This document shows, piece by piece, positions 18,342 to 26,649 of a stretch of DNA of 59,100 bases (the stretch's first letter is position 1; every line of letters starts with the position of its first letter). Source of the DNA: a bacterium. GTDB taxonomy: Bacteria > UBP18 > UBA7526. Location of the stretch: NCBI GenBank assembly GCA_030615855.1, contig JAUWYL010000004.1, positions 1 through 59,100 of the forward strand. Direction: 5' to 3'. Position numbers and translations under genes: made by a program. Below the pieces are notes generated by a model. The model did not search any database and was not told the origin of the DNA. It was given only the letters and a program-made list of their open reading frames with translations.

Positions 18342-19405
18342 TTTTCCTCTATACTTTTCGAGACTTCAGCAGATTCGAAGGTTGCCATCTCGGTCAATAT
18401 CTTCACTCCGACCTCAATGAGACTAATCCCTAAACAAGCGCCGGTTCCTTCGCCCAAGCGCATATCCAAGTCTAGCAAAGGTCGTAATCTCATCCTTTCC
18501 AAGATAGCCCTATGGCCTACCTCAACTGAAGAGTGGCTAGCGAAGATATAATCTTTTACTTTGGGTTCTAATTCGAAGGCGATCAATGCTCCAGCAGTAA
18601 CGATGAAACCATCAGTAACCACTGGTATCCTGTGAGCTGCTGCTGCCAGAAAGGAACCGGCCAATCCTCCGATCTCGAAGCCCCCTACCTTGGCCAAGAC
18701 ATCTATGGGATCCTTTGGATTAGGTCTATTTAATTTGATAGCCCTCTTTATTACCTTTATCTTATTTTCAAATATTCCATCATTTATTCCTGTTCCCCGA
18801 CCAGTAACCTCTTCTACTGGCCTACCAGTAATGACTGCCGTGACAGCGCTTGAGGGCGTAGTATTCCCTATCCCCATGTCTCCTAAGCCCAGGATGTCGA
18901 TTCCCTTCTTATACTCTTCCTCAAATACCTCTATTCCGGCCTCAATAGACTCTATTGCCTCTTCCCTGGTCATGGCCGGCCCCTTGGCCATATTCTTTGT
19001 CCCATACTCTATCTTTTTAATTTTTAATTTTTCATTTTTCATTTTTAATTCGCTAGCTACCCCCATATCTACAACTATTACTCTTGCTCCTATATGGCGG
19101 GCTAAGACATTTATTCCCGCTCTTCCCCGTATGAAGTTATAGACCATCTGGGGGGTTACTTCTTGGGGGAAGGCGCTTACTCCTTCTTTAACTACTCCAT
19201 GGTCTCCGGCCATAGTGAAGATAACTTTGTTCTTAAAGGAAGGGTTCTTTTCCCCAGTAATTCCTACTACTTTCTTGGCCAATTCTTCTAACCTTCCCAG
19301 AGAATCTTGTGGCTTAGTCAGATTATCTAGTCTCTTTTGAGCCTCTACCATTAGTTTCTTATCAACTGGCCCTATTCTTTTGATTATTTCTTCAATCCTT
19401 CCCAT
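18338..19405 (-). CDS. cobT: nicotinate-nucleotide:DMB phosphoribosyltransferase
   Basis: LTKP..SLG.LE, DHGV, MGIGNTT, RLGEGTGA. Confidence 0.95.
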   Translation of the reverse strand: MGRIEEIIKRIGPVDKKLMVEAQKRLDNLTKPQDSLGRLEELAKKVVGITGEKNPSFKNKVIFTMAGDHGVVKEGVSAFPQEVTPQMVYNFIRGRAGINVLARHIGARVIVVDMGVASELKMKNEKLKIKKIEYGTKNMAKGPAMTREEAIESIEAGIEVFEEEYKKGIDILGLGDMGIGNTTPSSAVTAVITGRPVEEVTGRGTGINDGIFENKIKVIKRAIKLNRPNPKDPIDVLAKVGGFEIGGLAGSFLAAAAHRIPVVTDGFIVTAGALIAFELEPKVKDYIFASHSSVEVGHRAILERMRLRPLLDLDMRLGEGTGACLGISLIEVGVKILTEMATFESAEVSKSIEEK

Positions 19406-19410
19406 TTACA

Positions 19411-19926
19411 TCACCCCTTCACTTTTACTGGAATTCCAGATACCACCAGATAGACTTCATCTGCTGCCTGGGCGACTATCTGGTTTGCTCTGCCTGCTAT
19501 ATCTCTAAACCTTCGGGCTAATTTGTTATCCGGTATAATCCCCATTCCTACTTCGTTAGAGACTATCAAAACGGTTGCCTTAATCTCTCTTATTTTGTTT
19601 ACCAGTTGCCTAATTTCTTTTAAAACATCCTTTCTACCGCTCAATAATAAATTAGAAATTAAGAGGGTGAGGCAGTCTAAGAGAATGACCTCACTCTTTT
19701 CTGCTATTCGGGATAATACTTCAGTAATATTCTTCTCCTTCTCTACTGTTCTCCAGTGAGAAGGACGATTCTTTCGATGAATCTTTATCCGCAGTTCCAT
19801 CTCCTTATCTCTTGCTTGGGCAGTAGCAATATAGGTCACTTTCTTACTTAACCTATTGGCCAACTTCTGGGCGAAAGTGCTCTTGCCGCTCCTCGCTCCT
19901 CCAGTAATGAATATTAACCTTCCCAT
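19411..19926 (-). CDS. cobU: bifunctional adenosylcobinamide kinase / guanylyltransferase
   Basis: TGGARSGKS, YIATA, RI..HR..RP, SNEVG.G. Confidence 0.95.
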   Translation of the reverse strand: MGRLIFITGGARSGKSTFAQKLANRLSKKVTYIATAQARDKEMELRIKIHRKNRPSHWRTVEKEKNITEVLSRIAEKSEVILLDCLTLLISNLLLSGRKDVLKEIRQLVNKIREIKATVLIVSNEVGMGIIPDNKLARRFRDIAGRANQIVAQAADEVYLVVSGIPVKVKG

Positions 19927-20006
19927 CTTTACCTCGCTTCGCTCGGAGTTAACAGTTTACAGTTAAAATTAAAAATGAAAGATTAAAAGATTTTTATTCG
20001 TGTCAT

Positions 20007-20046
20007 AAAAAAATCCTCAAGGCCTTCTTGAAGGAACCTTGAGAAT
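20007..20046 (-). terminator. riboswitch-associated intrinsic terminator
   Basis: CTCAAGG...CCTTGAG stem followed by a U7 run on the minus strand. Confidence 0.7.
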
Positions 20047-20087
20047 AAAAAAAGTACTTCAACCTTCCCTCGAAGGCCAGTTACTTC

Positions 20088-20268
20088 AGTATCCAGTGAG
20101 GTTTCCTGGCTCTCCCGCACCTTTGGCTAACCTTCCCTCCCGACTTAAAGCGAGAAGTGGTATTATTGCTTCCGAGCATATGCCAAAGGCACAACCTTTT
20201 AAAAAGGTGCAGGATTACAGTGGCGGGGCCACTCCGGTTTCTCACCGGATTCCCTCCACCTGGATACT
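20088..20268 (-). ncRNA. cobalamin riboswitch at the head of the cob operon
   Basis: P1 AGTATCCAG/CTGGATACT, AGGGAA, GCCCCGCCACTGTAA, GGGAAGG, AGCCAGGAAACCT. Confidence 0.92.
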
Positions 20269-20291
20269 TACTAGATTTAGTTACTAAATCT

Positions 20292-20320
20292 AGTTTAACC
20301 TATTATTTCTCGTTTGTCAA
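20292..20320 (-). promoter_or_regulatory. sigma70 promoter of the cob operon
   Basis: TTGACA-17 bp-TAAACT just upstream of the riboswitch. Confidence 0.7.
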
Positions 20321-20932
20321 ATTTTTTATTGGGTGGGAGGTATTATTCTGGAGCAAAACCTCTGCTTCATTGCTTTGATACTCGATAATGGAGATTCCTC
20401 CATTACTGGTGATCGTCTTCCACCAATCGTCAAGTCCCAAACCCAAGGCATCCATGAGGATGATACGAATCGGCCCCCCATGGGTGACAATGGCTACCCT
20501 TTGATTGGGGTAAGTGCTAATAATTTTCTTTATTGTAGTCCTGGTACGTTCTGCTAATTCCTGGATGCTTTCTCCCCCGGGAATCTTAATCTTAGAGGGC
20601 TCTCTCTCCCATTCATCAAGAAGCCCTCTCCACTTCCTTTGAATTTCGTCATGCGTCTTCCCTTCCCAATCACCGAAGTCGATCTCCCTTAACTGGGGAA
20701 GGATATTTATCTTCAAGGAGTGATAACGATTTATAGCCTTTGCTGTATACTCTGTTCTTTTTAGGTCGCTGGAGTAAATGGCATCTAAGGGTTCGTTTCT
20801 TAACCTCAGGGCGATCTTCTCTGTCTGCCTCTTCCCCTTTCTTGTCAAGGGCGTATCCCTATGCCCCTGATACCTTCTATCCCTATTGTAAGGCGTTTCT
20901 CCATGTCTTATCAAAATTAAGGTAGTGCTCAT
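20303..20932 (-). CDS. cobC: alpha-ribazole phosphatase (histidine phosphatase)
   Basis: RHGET, SSDLKR, EIDFGDWEG, THGG; adjacent to the cob operon. Confidence 0.8.
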   Translation of the reverse strand: MSTTLILIRHGETPYNRDRRYQGHRDTPLTRKGKRQTEKIALRLRNEPLDAIYSSDLKRTEYTAKAINRYHSLKINILPQLREIDFGDWEGKTHDEIQRKWRGLLDEWEREPSKIKIPGGESIQELAERTRTTIKKIISTYPNQRVAIVTHGGPIRIILMDALGLGLDDWWKTITSNGGISIIEYQSNEAEVLLQNNTSHPIKNLTNEK

Positions 20933-21810
20933 AGCTTCGCCTTTGCTTCCTTCAATTTTTCTACGATCTCATAGGGGGCCTTCACTCTTCCCAAGCGTAT
21001 CTCTCCTTTGGCCTTTCCATGGCAGTCACTTCCCCCGGTAACTAAGAGACCATACTTCTTCGCCAGACTTATGTAATAACGAGCGACAGAAGGAGGGTTT
21101 ATGACATCATAGGCTTCCAGGCCCATAAGACCATTCTTTACCAATTGTGGGATGAGCTCATCGACCTTTGTCCCTGCAGGGTGGGCAAGAACTGGGATTC
21201 CACCTGCTTTCAAGATGATATCTATAGCCTCAGAAGGCCTCAGTTTATACTTAGGAACAGAGACTGGGCCTCCGCTTCCCAAATACCTCCAGGCGCCCTC
21301 AGGAATATTTGAAGCATATTCTTTCTCTACTAGAACCTGAGCGATGTGAGGTTTACCGATGGAGCCCTTTCCGGCGATCTCTTCCACCCTTCCGAAGTCA
21401 ATTTCCATTCCTAAACTTTTTAGCCTTTTGACCATCTCCTTTGCTCTCTCATATCTCGCTTTCCTGAAAAGGGCTAGTTTCTTCTGGAATTCTTCATCCT
21501 CACAATCAATATAGTAGCCCAGGATGTGAACCTCCTTCTTCCCGTAATCGCTGGAAAGCTCCACCCCAGGCACTACCTCTAATCGGTACTTAGAGGCTGT
21601 CCTCTGGGCTATCTCGATTCCATCTGTGACATCATGGTCCGTTATCCCTATCGCTACCAATCCCTCTTTGTGAGCGTACTCTATTACTTCTTTGGGAGTA
21701 AGTGCTCCATCTGAGATGGTGGTATGAATGTGAAGGTCAACCCCGCCCCTTTTACTTTGGGGTATTTCTTTAAAGTAGAAAGGGGCGGGGTCAACGTATT
21801 TTTCGGGCAT
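20929..21810 (-). CDS. PHP-domain phosphoesterase with an 18-aa in-frame insertion
   Basis: DLHIHT..SDG, ITDHD, GVE, AHP, TGGSDCHG. Confidence 0.9.
   Translation of the reverse strand: MPEKYVDPAPFYFKEIPQSKRGGVDLHIHTTISDGALTPKEVIEYAHKEGLVAIGITDHDVTDGIEIAQRTASKYRLEVVPGVELSSDYGKKEVHILGYYIDCEDEEFQKKLALFRKARYERAKEMVKRLKSLGMEIDFGRVEEIAGKGSIGKPHIAQVLVEKEYASNIPEGAWRYLGSGGPVSVPKYKLRPSEAIDIILKAGGIPVLAHPAGTKVDELIPQLVKNGLMGLEAYDVINPPSVARYYISLAKKYGLLVTGGSDCHGKAKGEIRLGRVKAPYEIVEKLKEAKAKL
21741..21790. mobile_element. 50-bp CCCCG...CGGGG element flanked by TCAA direct repeats, in frame
   Basis: excising 54 bp restores MPEKYVDLHIHT. Confidence 0.85.
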
Positions 21811-21825
21811 AATATTTTCTTATAG

Positions 21826-21985
21826 AGAATTTCCAATATCCCCGCCGAAGGCGAGGCTCGCCAAGGGCGGCAATACCCAATTTCCAATGATTTCGGATTG
21901 ATCATTTGGCATTTAAGTAGTTTGGTCCGACCATCCGTTTTTACCGGATGGACGGATAGAAATTGGAAATTAGCAATTAGAAATT
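21826..21985. repeat. inverted heptamer array (AATTTCC / GGAAATT) with two nested hairpins
   Basis: CCGCCGAAGGCG...GGCGG at 21842-21870 and TCCGACCATCCG...CGGATGGACGGA at 21926-21956. Confidence 0.7.
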
Positions 21986-22010
21986 CGCTGTTTCTCCTTT
22001 TCTTACCTGC

Positions 22011-22430
22011 TCACTTTCTTAGTTTCTTATTTTTTTCGTGGGCTATTCTATCGAGGAGGGCATTGACGAACTGGCTCGACTTCTCTGTGGAAAATTTCTT
22101 GGCTAATTCTACCGCTTCATTCAGACTTACCTTAACGGGGATATCCGGGCAGTAAAGAATCTCGTAGGCTCCTAAGCGCAGGATATTTCTATCCACAGTG
22201 GGCATCCTCTTCATCTCCCAGTGTTCGGCATAGCAAGCTATCTTTTCATCAATGGCCTTGATATTCTCCCAAGTGCCCTCGACTAATCTATTGGCAAAGT
22301 CCTTTATCTCTCTTGGGTGTCTGTGGAGAAACCAAAAGGTCTCTAAGGCTTCTTTTAGATTCTCCTGGCCACTATCCAGCTGGAAGAGAATCTGTAAAGC
22401 CAGCTCTCTCGCTTTTCGGCGTCTACCCAT
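22011..22430 (-). CDS. nusB: transcription antitermination factor
   Basis: RRKARELALQILFQ, DRNILR, NEAVELAKKF, FVNALLD. Confidence 0.96.
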   Translation of the reverse strand: MGRRRKARELALQILFQLDSGQENLKEALETFWFLHRHPREIKDFANRLVEGTWENIKAIDEKIACYAEHWEMKRMPTVDRNILRLGAYEILYCPDIPVKVSLNEAVELAKKFSTEKSSQFVNALLDRIAHEKNKKLRK

Positions 22431-22444
22431 CAATTTCTCCCGTG

Positions 22445-22543
22445 GTTACTAACAGTTAATATCAGTTAATAGTGGTTAATATCAGTTACTCTATTCACTG
22501 CAACTGATTTTAATCGTTGATAACATTTTTAACCGATATTAAC
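22445..22543. repeat. inverted 10-bp array (CAGTTAATAT / AACTGAT)
   Basis: read directly. Confidence 0.7.
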
Positions 22544-22555
22544 TTTTTTTCGTTC

Positions 22556-23026
22556 TTACTTTTTCAGTTGGGCGAAGAGGTCTGCCATCTCGATGGCGGT
22601 GATGGCTGCATCCCGTCCTCTATTGCCTTCCTTTGTTCCTGCTCTCTCAATGGCCTGCTCTATGGAGTCTGCAGTGATTACTCCAAAGATGACAGGAACT
22701 CCGGTAGCAAGGCTGGTAGAGGCCACCCCCTTTGCCACCTCACTTGCCACATACTCAAAGTGGGGGGTAGTTCCCCGGATGATGGCCCCAAGACAGATCA
22801 CGGCATCAAACTTTTTGCTCTTGGCCAGCCTGCTTGCTGCATAGGGAATCTCAAAGGAGCCCGACACCCTGGCCACGGTAATATCTTTCTCATCTGCTCC
22901 ATGGCGCAAAAGGCCATCCAGCGCTCCTTCTAAGAGTCGCTCGCTGACAAACTCGTTGAACCTGGCTACTACTATACCAAATCTTTTCCCTTTTGCCAAG
23001 ACTTTTCCTTCATAGGTCTTTGTCAT
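22556..23026 (-). CDS. ribH: 6,7-dimethyl-8-ribityllumazine synthase
   Basis: ARFNE, GSFEIP, IRG.TPHFEYV. Confidence 0.96.
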   Translation of the reverse strand: MTKTYEGKVLAKGKRFGIVVARFNEFVSERLLEGALDGLLRHGADEKDITVARVSGSFEIPYAASRLAKSKKFDAVICLGAIIRGTTPHFEYVASEVAKGVASTSLATGVPVIFGVITADSIEQAIERAGTKEGNRGRDAAITAIEMADLFAQLKK

Positions 23027-23043
23027 TTTTCTCACCTCCTTCT

Positions 23044-23212
23044 AACACAGATTTACACAGATAGATTATAGATTACAGGATGCACTTCGTTAGCATCCTA
23101 GAGAGCATAAATAGTTAAGCATTGTCACAGATCACAGATAATTGCTAATTTTGCATTTTTATTTTGCATTGATTCTACTTTTTTACTTTCCTACTTTCCT
23201 ACTCTCCTACTT
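23044..23212. repeat. stacked arrays (ACAGAT, TTTTGCA, CTACTTT units)
   Basis: read directly; the last part recurs at ~46620 and ~47330. Confidence 0.65.
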
Positions 23213-23213
23213 T

Positions 23214-24419
23214 TTACTTATCCAGTTTTAGAATGTGTCCTAATTTTTCCTTCTTCGTCTTTAGATACTTTTTGCTTATTCTCATTGTTTTAATTTCGAT
23301 GGGGACTCTCTTTATTATTTTCAAACCATATCCCTCCAGGCCCACGATCTTCCTTGGATTATTGGTTAAAAGTCTAATGCTCTTAAGTCCCAGGTCCACT
23401 AAGATCTGGGCTCCGATCCCATAATCCCTCAAGTCTGGCTTGAATCCCAGTTCGATATTTGCCTCTATGGTATCCTTTCCCTCATCCTGTAAGCGATAAG
23501 CTCTCAACTTATTTATTAAACCAATCCCCCTTCCCTCCTGATGCATGTAGAGTAATACCCCGCACTTCTCTCTTGCTATGGCTTTCAACGCTGCCTCAAG
23601 CTGTGCCCCGCAATCGCATCTCAGGGATCTGAAGACATCGCCCGTCAGGCATCTAGAATGAACCCGAACCAGGACATCCTTCCTTTTCTTAATATCCCCC
23701 ATAACCAAGGCAATGTGATGCTCTCTATCCAGGATGCTCTCATATAATATTCCTCGGAAATCTCCATATTGAGTGGGTAGTTCAAAGTCAACGATCCTTT
23801 TCACCAATTTTTCTTTTCTCCGGCGGAATTCAATTAAATCGGCGATAGTCACAATCTTCAGGTTATGTTTTTTAGCGAGTCCTCTTAGCTCCGGTAATCG
23901 GGCCATGGTCCCATCGGAAGCCAAGATCTCACAGATTACTCCCGCAGGATATAGTCCGGCCAATCTTGCTAAGTCCACTGCTGCCTCAGTATGGCCGGCC
24001 CGGGCCAGGACCCCTCCCTCCCTATAGCGCAGAGGAAGGACATGCCCCGGTCGGGCGAGATCCTCTGATTTTGTTTTGGGATTTAAGACCGTTCTTATGG
24101 TTGTTGCTCGATCATGAGCCGAGATGCCAGTAGTGGTTCCCTCCTTAGCGTCTATGGATACCGTGAAGGCTGTTCCCAAGAGACTAGTGTTCTCCGGCTC
24201 CATTAATGAGATATTGAGTTCCTCTAGTCTTTCTCCAATGATGGGAAGGCAGATTAATCCCCGGGCATATTTTGCCATGAAGTTAATCGTCTTTGGAGTC
24301 ACCTTCTCTGCCGCCAGGACAAGGTCCCCCTCGTTCTCCCGGCTTTCATCATCTAAGACGATGATCATCTTCCCTTTTCTAATCTCTCTTATTGCTTCCT
24401 CTATTGAATCGAACTTCAT
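23214..24419 (-). CDS. ribBA: bifunctional DHBP synthase / GTP cyclohydrolase II
   Basis: [25 protein letters not shown]...RCDCG, EGRGIGL, TNNP. Confidence 0.96.
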   Translation of the reverse strand: MKFDSIEEAIREIRKGKMIIVLDDESRENEGDLVLAAEKVTPKTINFMAKYARGLICLPIIGERLEELNISLMEPENTSLLGTAFTVSIDAKEGTTTGISAHDRATTIRTVLNPKTKSEDLARPGHVLPLRYREGGVLARAGHTEAAVDLARLAGLYPAGVICEILASDGTMARLPELRGLAKKHNLKIVTIADLIEFRRRKEKLVKRIVDFELPTQYGDFRGILYESILDREHHIALVMGDIKKRKDVLVRVHSRCLTGDVFRSLRCDCGAQLEAALKAIAREKCGVLLYMHQEGRGIGLINKLRAYRLQDEGKDTIEANIELGFKPDLRDYGIGAQILVDLGLKSIRLLTNNPRKIVGLEGYGLKIIKRVPIEIKTMRISKKYLKTKKEKLGHILKLDK

Positions 24420-24424
24420 TCCTT

Positions 24425-25069
24425 TCACCTCGTGTAACCGTGTTTTTTCAAGAAATCTAAAGTAATGCTTTTCTCTTCCTTTATCGTTTTAAAAACATAT
24501 TTCCCGATTATGTCTGCCTCAAGATTGACCTTATCCCCCACCCTTTTAAGGCCCAGGGTAGTCACTTCTAAGGTATGAGGAATGATGGAGACGCTGAATC
24601 TATTTTTGTTAAAATCAACAATGGTCAGACTTATTCCATCTAGGGTGATGGAACCTTTAGGGATGATATAGTTCATAATTTCATTTGGGGCTTCAATCTC
24701 AAAGAGGAAAGTATCTCCTTCCTTAATTCTCTTTCTTATAATTCCCACCCCATCGATATGCCCAGTAACGAAATGGCCTCCCAATCTTTCACCCATCTTT
24801 AAGGCCCTCTCTAAATTCACCTTCTCTCCAATCCTTAACTCCCCAAGACTTGTTCTTCTCAATGTCTCTGCCCCAACATCTATTTTAAACTGGCTAACTG
24901 GCAAACTGGCTAACTGGCTAACCGTCAAACATACCCCATTCACCGAAATACTATCTCCCTTCTTCGTGTCTTTTATCACTTCTTTACCAGAGATGGTAAG
25001 TTCCATAGATTTCGCTCTTCTCTTGATACTTTTAACTGTTCCCATCTCTTCTATCAATCCAGTAAACAT
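24425..25069 (-). CDS. ribE: riboflavin synthase (alpha chain)
   Basis: [25 protein letters not shown]. Confidence 0.96.
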   Translation of the reverse strand: MFTGLIEEMGTVKSIKRRAKSMELTISGKEVIKDTKKGDSISVNGVCLTVSQLASLPVSQFKIDVGAETLRRTSLGELRIGEKVNLERALKMGERLGGHFVTGHIDGVGIIRKRIKEGDTFLFEIEAPNEIMNYIIPKGSITLDGISLTIVDFNKNRFSVSIIPHTLEVTTLGLKRVGDKVNLEADIIGKYVFKTIKEEKSITLDFLKKHGYTR

Positions 25070-25123
25070 TTCTTTCTCCTGCTTATTTAGGGGGCTGTTG
25101 GTTTACCGTTAACGGTTAACGGT

Positions 25124-26236
25124 TCACGGTAAACGATTAGCTACGTATCCTTCTATGAGCACATCCTCTTCAAATCTTTTGACGCTAATATCTTTTAATT
25201 TTATGGCGTCTTTTATTCTTTCTATTCCTCCCCCTTCTACTGGAGTAAGTGCTTCTTCTCCTCCGATTATTTTGGAGGCGATAAAGAACAGAACCTTATC
25301 CACTAGACTATTCTCCAAGAATGAGGCATTGATCTTTCCCCCTCCCTCAACCAAGAGGCTGGTTACCTCTAATTCCCCAAGTTTTTTCAATAATTTTTTC
25401 AAATTAACCTTTTTATCTCTATCCTTAATAATTAAAACCTTGACTCCCTTCTTTCTTAATGCTTCTATCTTCCTCTTTAATGCAAACTTTGTCGTAGCAA
25501 TAATCGTTGGGGCCTTTTTATTTAAAACTCTCGCCCTTAGAGGAATCCTTGCCTTGCTATCTACAACAATGCGTATAGGATTTCTAACTGGGATCCTGGA
25601 TCCTGGATCCTGGATCCTGGATGTTAATCTCGGATTATCTTTCAAGACCGTCTCTATACCGACTAAAATAGCGTCTACTTCTCTTCTCAATTTATGAACA
25701 TACTTCCGTGATTTCTCATTCGTAATCCACTTGGAATCCCCAGTCTTAGTAGCGATCTTTCCGTCTAAGCTCATGGCGGTCTTCAGGATAACGAATGGCT
25801 TCTTGGTAGTAATGTATTTAGTATAGGCTTCGTTTATCTTCTTCGCTTCTTCTTCCAAAACCCCTACCTTTACCTCTATTCCTGCTTTTCTTAGTTTTTT
25901 AACTCCTCTACCACAATTCAGGGGATTAGGGTCGATCATGGCTATTACTACTTCCTTTATCCTAGAAGAGATTATCCTTTTGGTACAGGGTGGGGTTCTT
26001 CCGAAATGGGCGCAGGGCTCTAAATTAAGATATAGAGTAGCACCTCTTGCTCTTTCTCCCGCCATATTCAGGGCGTTAATCTCTGCGTGAGGTTCCCCTG
26101 CCCTTCTATGACACCCCCTTCCAATAATTCTATTATCTTTAACAATAACCGCCCCCACTAAGGGATTGGGAGAGGTCCTTCCCTTCGCCTTAATTGCTAA
26201 CCTTAGAGCCAATCTCATATACTTTTTATTGTTCAT
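25124..26236 (-). CDS. ribD: riboflavin deaminase/reductase
   Basis: PNPLVG, HAE, LEPC.H.GRTPPC, SLDGKIA, VEGGG. Confidence 0.96.
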   Translation of the reverse strand: MNNKKYMRLALRLAIKAKGRTSPNPLVGAVIVKDNRIIGRGCHRRAGEPHAEINALNMAGERARGATLYLNLEPCAHFGRTPPCTKRIISSRIKEVVIAMIDPNPLNCGRGVKKLRKAGIEVKVGVLEEEAKKINEAYTKYITTKKPFVILKTAMSLDGKIATKTGDSKWITNEKSRKYVHKLRREVDAILVGIETVLKDNPRLTSRIQDPGSRIPVRNPIRIVVDSKARIPLRARVLNKKAPTIIATTKFALKRKIEALRKKGVKVLIIKDRDKKVNLKKLLKKLGELEVTSLLVEGGGKINASFLENSLVDKVLFFIASKIIGGEEALTPVEGGGIERIKDAIKLKDISVKRFEEDVLIEGYVANRLP

Positions 26237-26331
26237 ATTTACCTGCTTGCCCCGTAGCATCCCGTAGGGATTGGTATGGGATCTGCCAGTCAGCCAGTTG
26301 TTTTTTTATTTGCGATGATTCGCGTACAAAG

Positions 26332-26362
26332 AAAAAGCCCCGAAGACTTCTCTTCGGGGCTT
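26332..26362 (-). terminator. FMN riboswitch terminator
   Basis: AAGCCCCGAAGA-GAAG-TCTTCGGGGCTTTTT; its 5' arm is complementary to aptamer 5' TCTTCGGGG (antiterminator). Confidence 0.85.
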
Positions 26363-26402
26363 ATTTCGCGCTTTGACGGAAATTTTGCGTTTTCGCGTTT
26401 AC

Positions 26403-26546
26403 AATCTTCTCCCGTCCGGACTAGACCGTCGGCACCGGAATCGCACCGGTTCAATCCGGACATAACCATATCCAGACTCGCGGGCTTCCTGCCTATCGGC
26501 AGGCAGGTTACCGCCGATCGAGGAATTCCACCTCACCCCGAAGATT
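26403..26546 (-). ncRNA. FMN riboswitch (RFN element)
   Basis: ATCTTCGGGG...AATTCC...GGCGGT...AGCCCGCGA...CCGGTG.GATTCCGG.GCCGACGG...AGTCCGGA.GGGAGAAGAT. Confidence 0.95.
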
Positions 26547-26548
26547 CA

Positions 26549-26573
26549 CCCCGCTCCTCCATGAGGGGCGGGG
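26549..26573. mobile_element. 25-bp CCCCG...CGGGG element flanked by TTCA direct repeats
   Basis: TTCA|CCCCGCTCCTCCATGAGGGGCGGGG|TTCA. Confidence 0.8.
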
Positions 26574-26599
26574 TTCAGCCAATATTCAATTACAAAATT

Positions 26600-26628
26600 A
26601 GATTAACACAAATAATCTCAGTTGTCAA
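26600..26628 (-). promoter_or_regulatory. sigma70 promoter of the rib operon
   Basis: TTGACA-17 bp-TAATCT. Confidence 0.7.
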
Positions 26629-26649
26629 ATTATATTTTTATTCGCGCTC

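Noticed and set aside
20039-20287. Plus-strand ORF over the B12 leader
   Set aside because: Antisense to the riboswitch.
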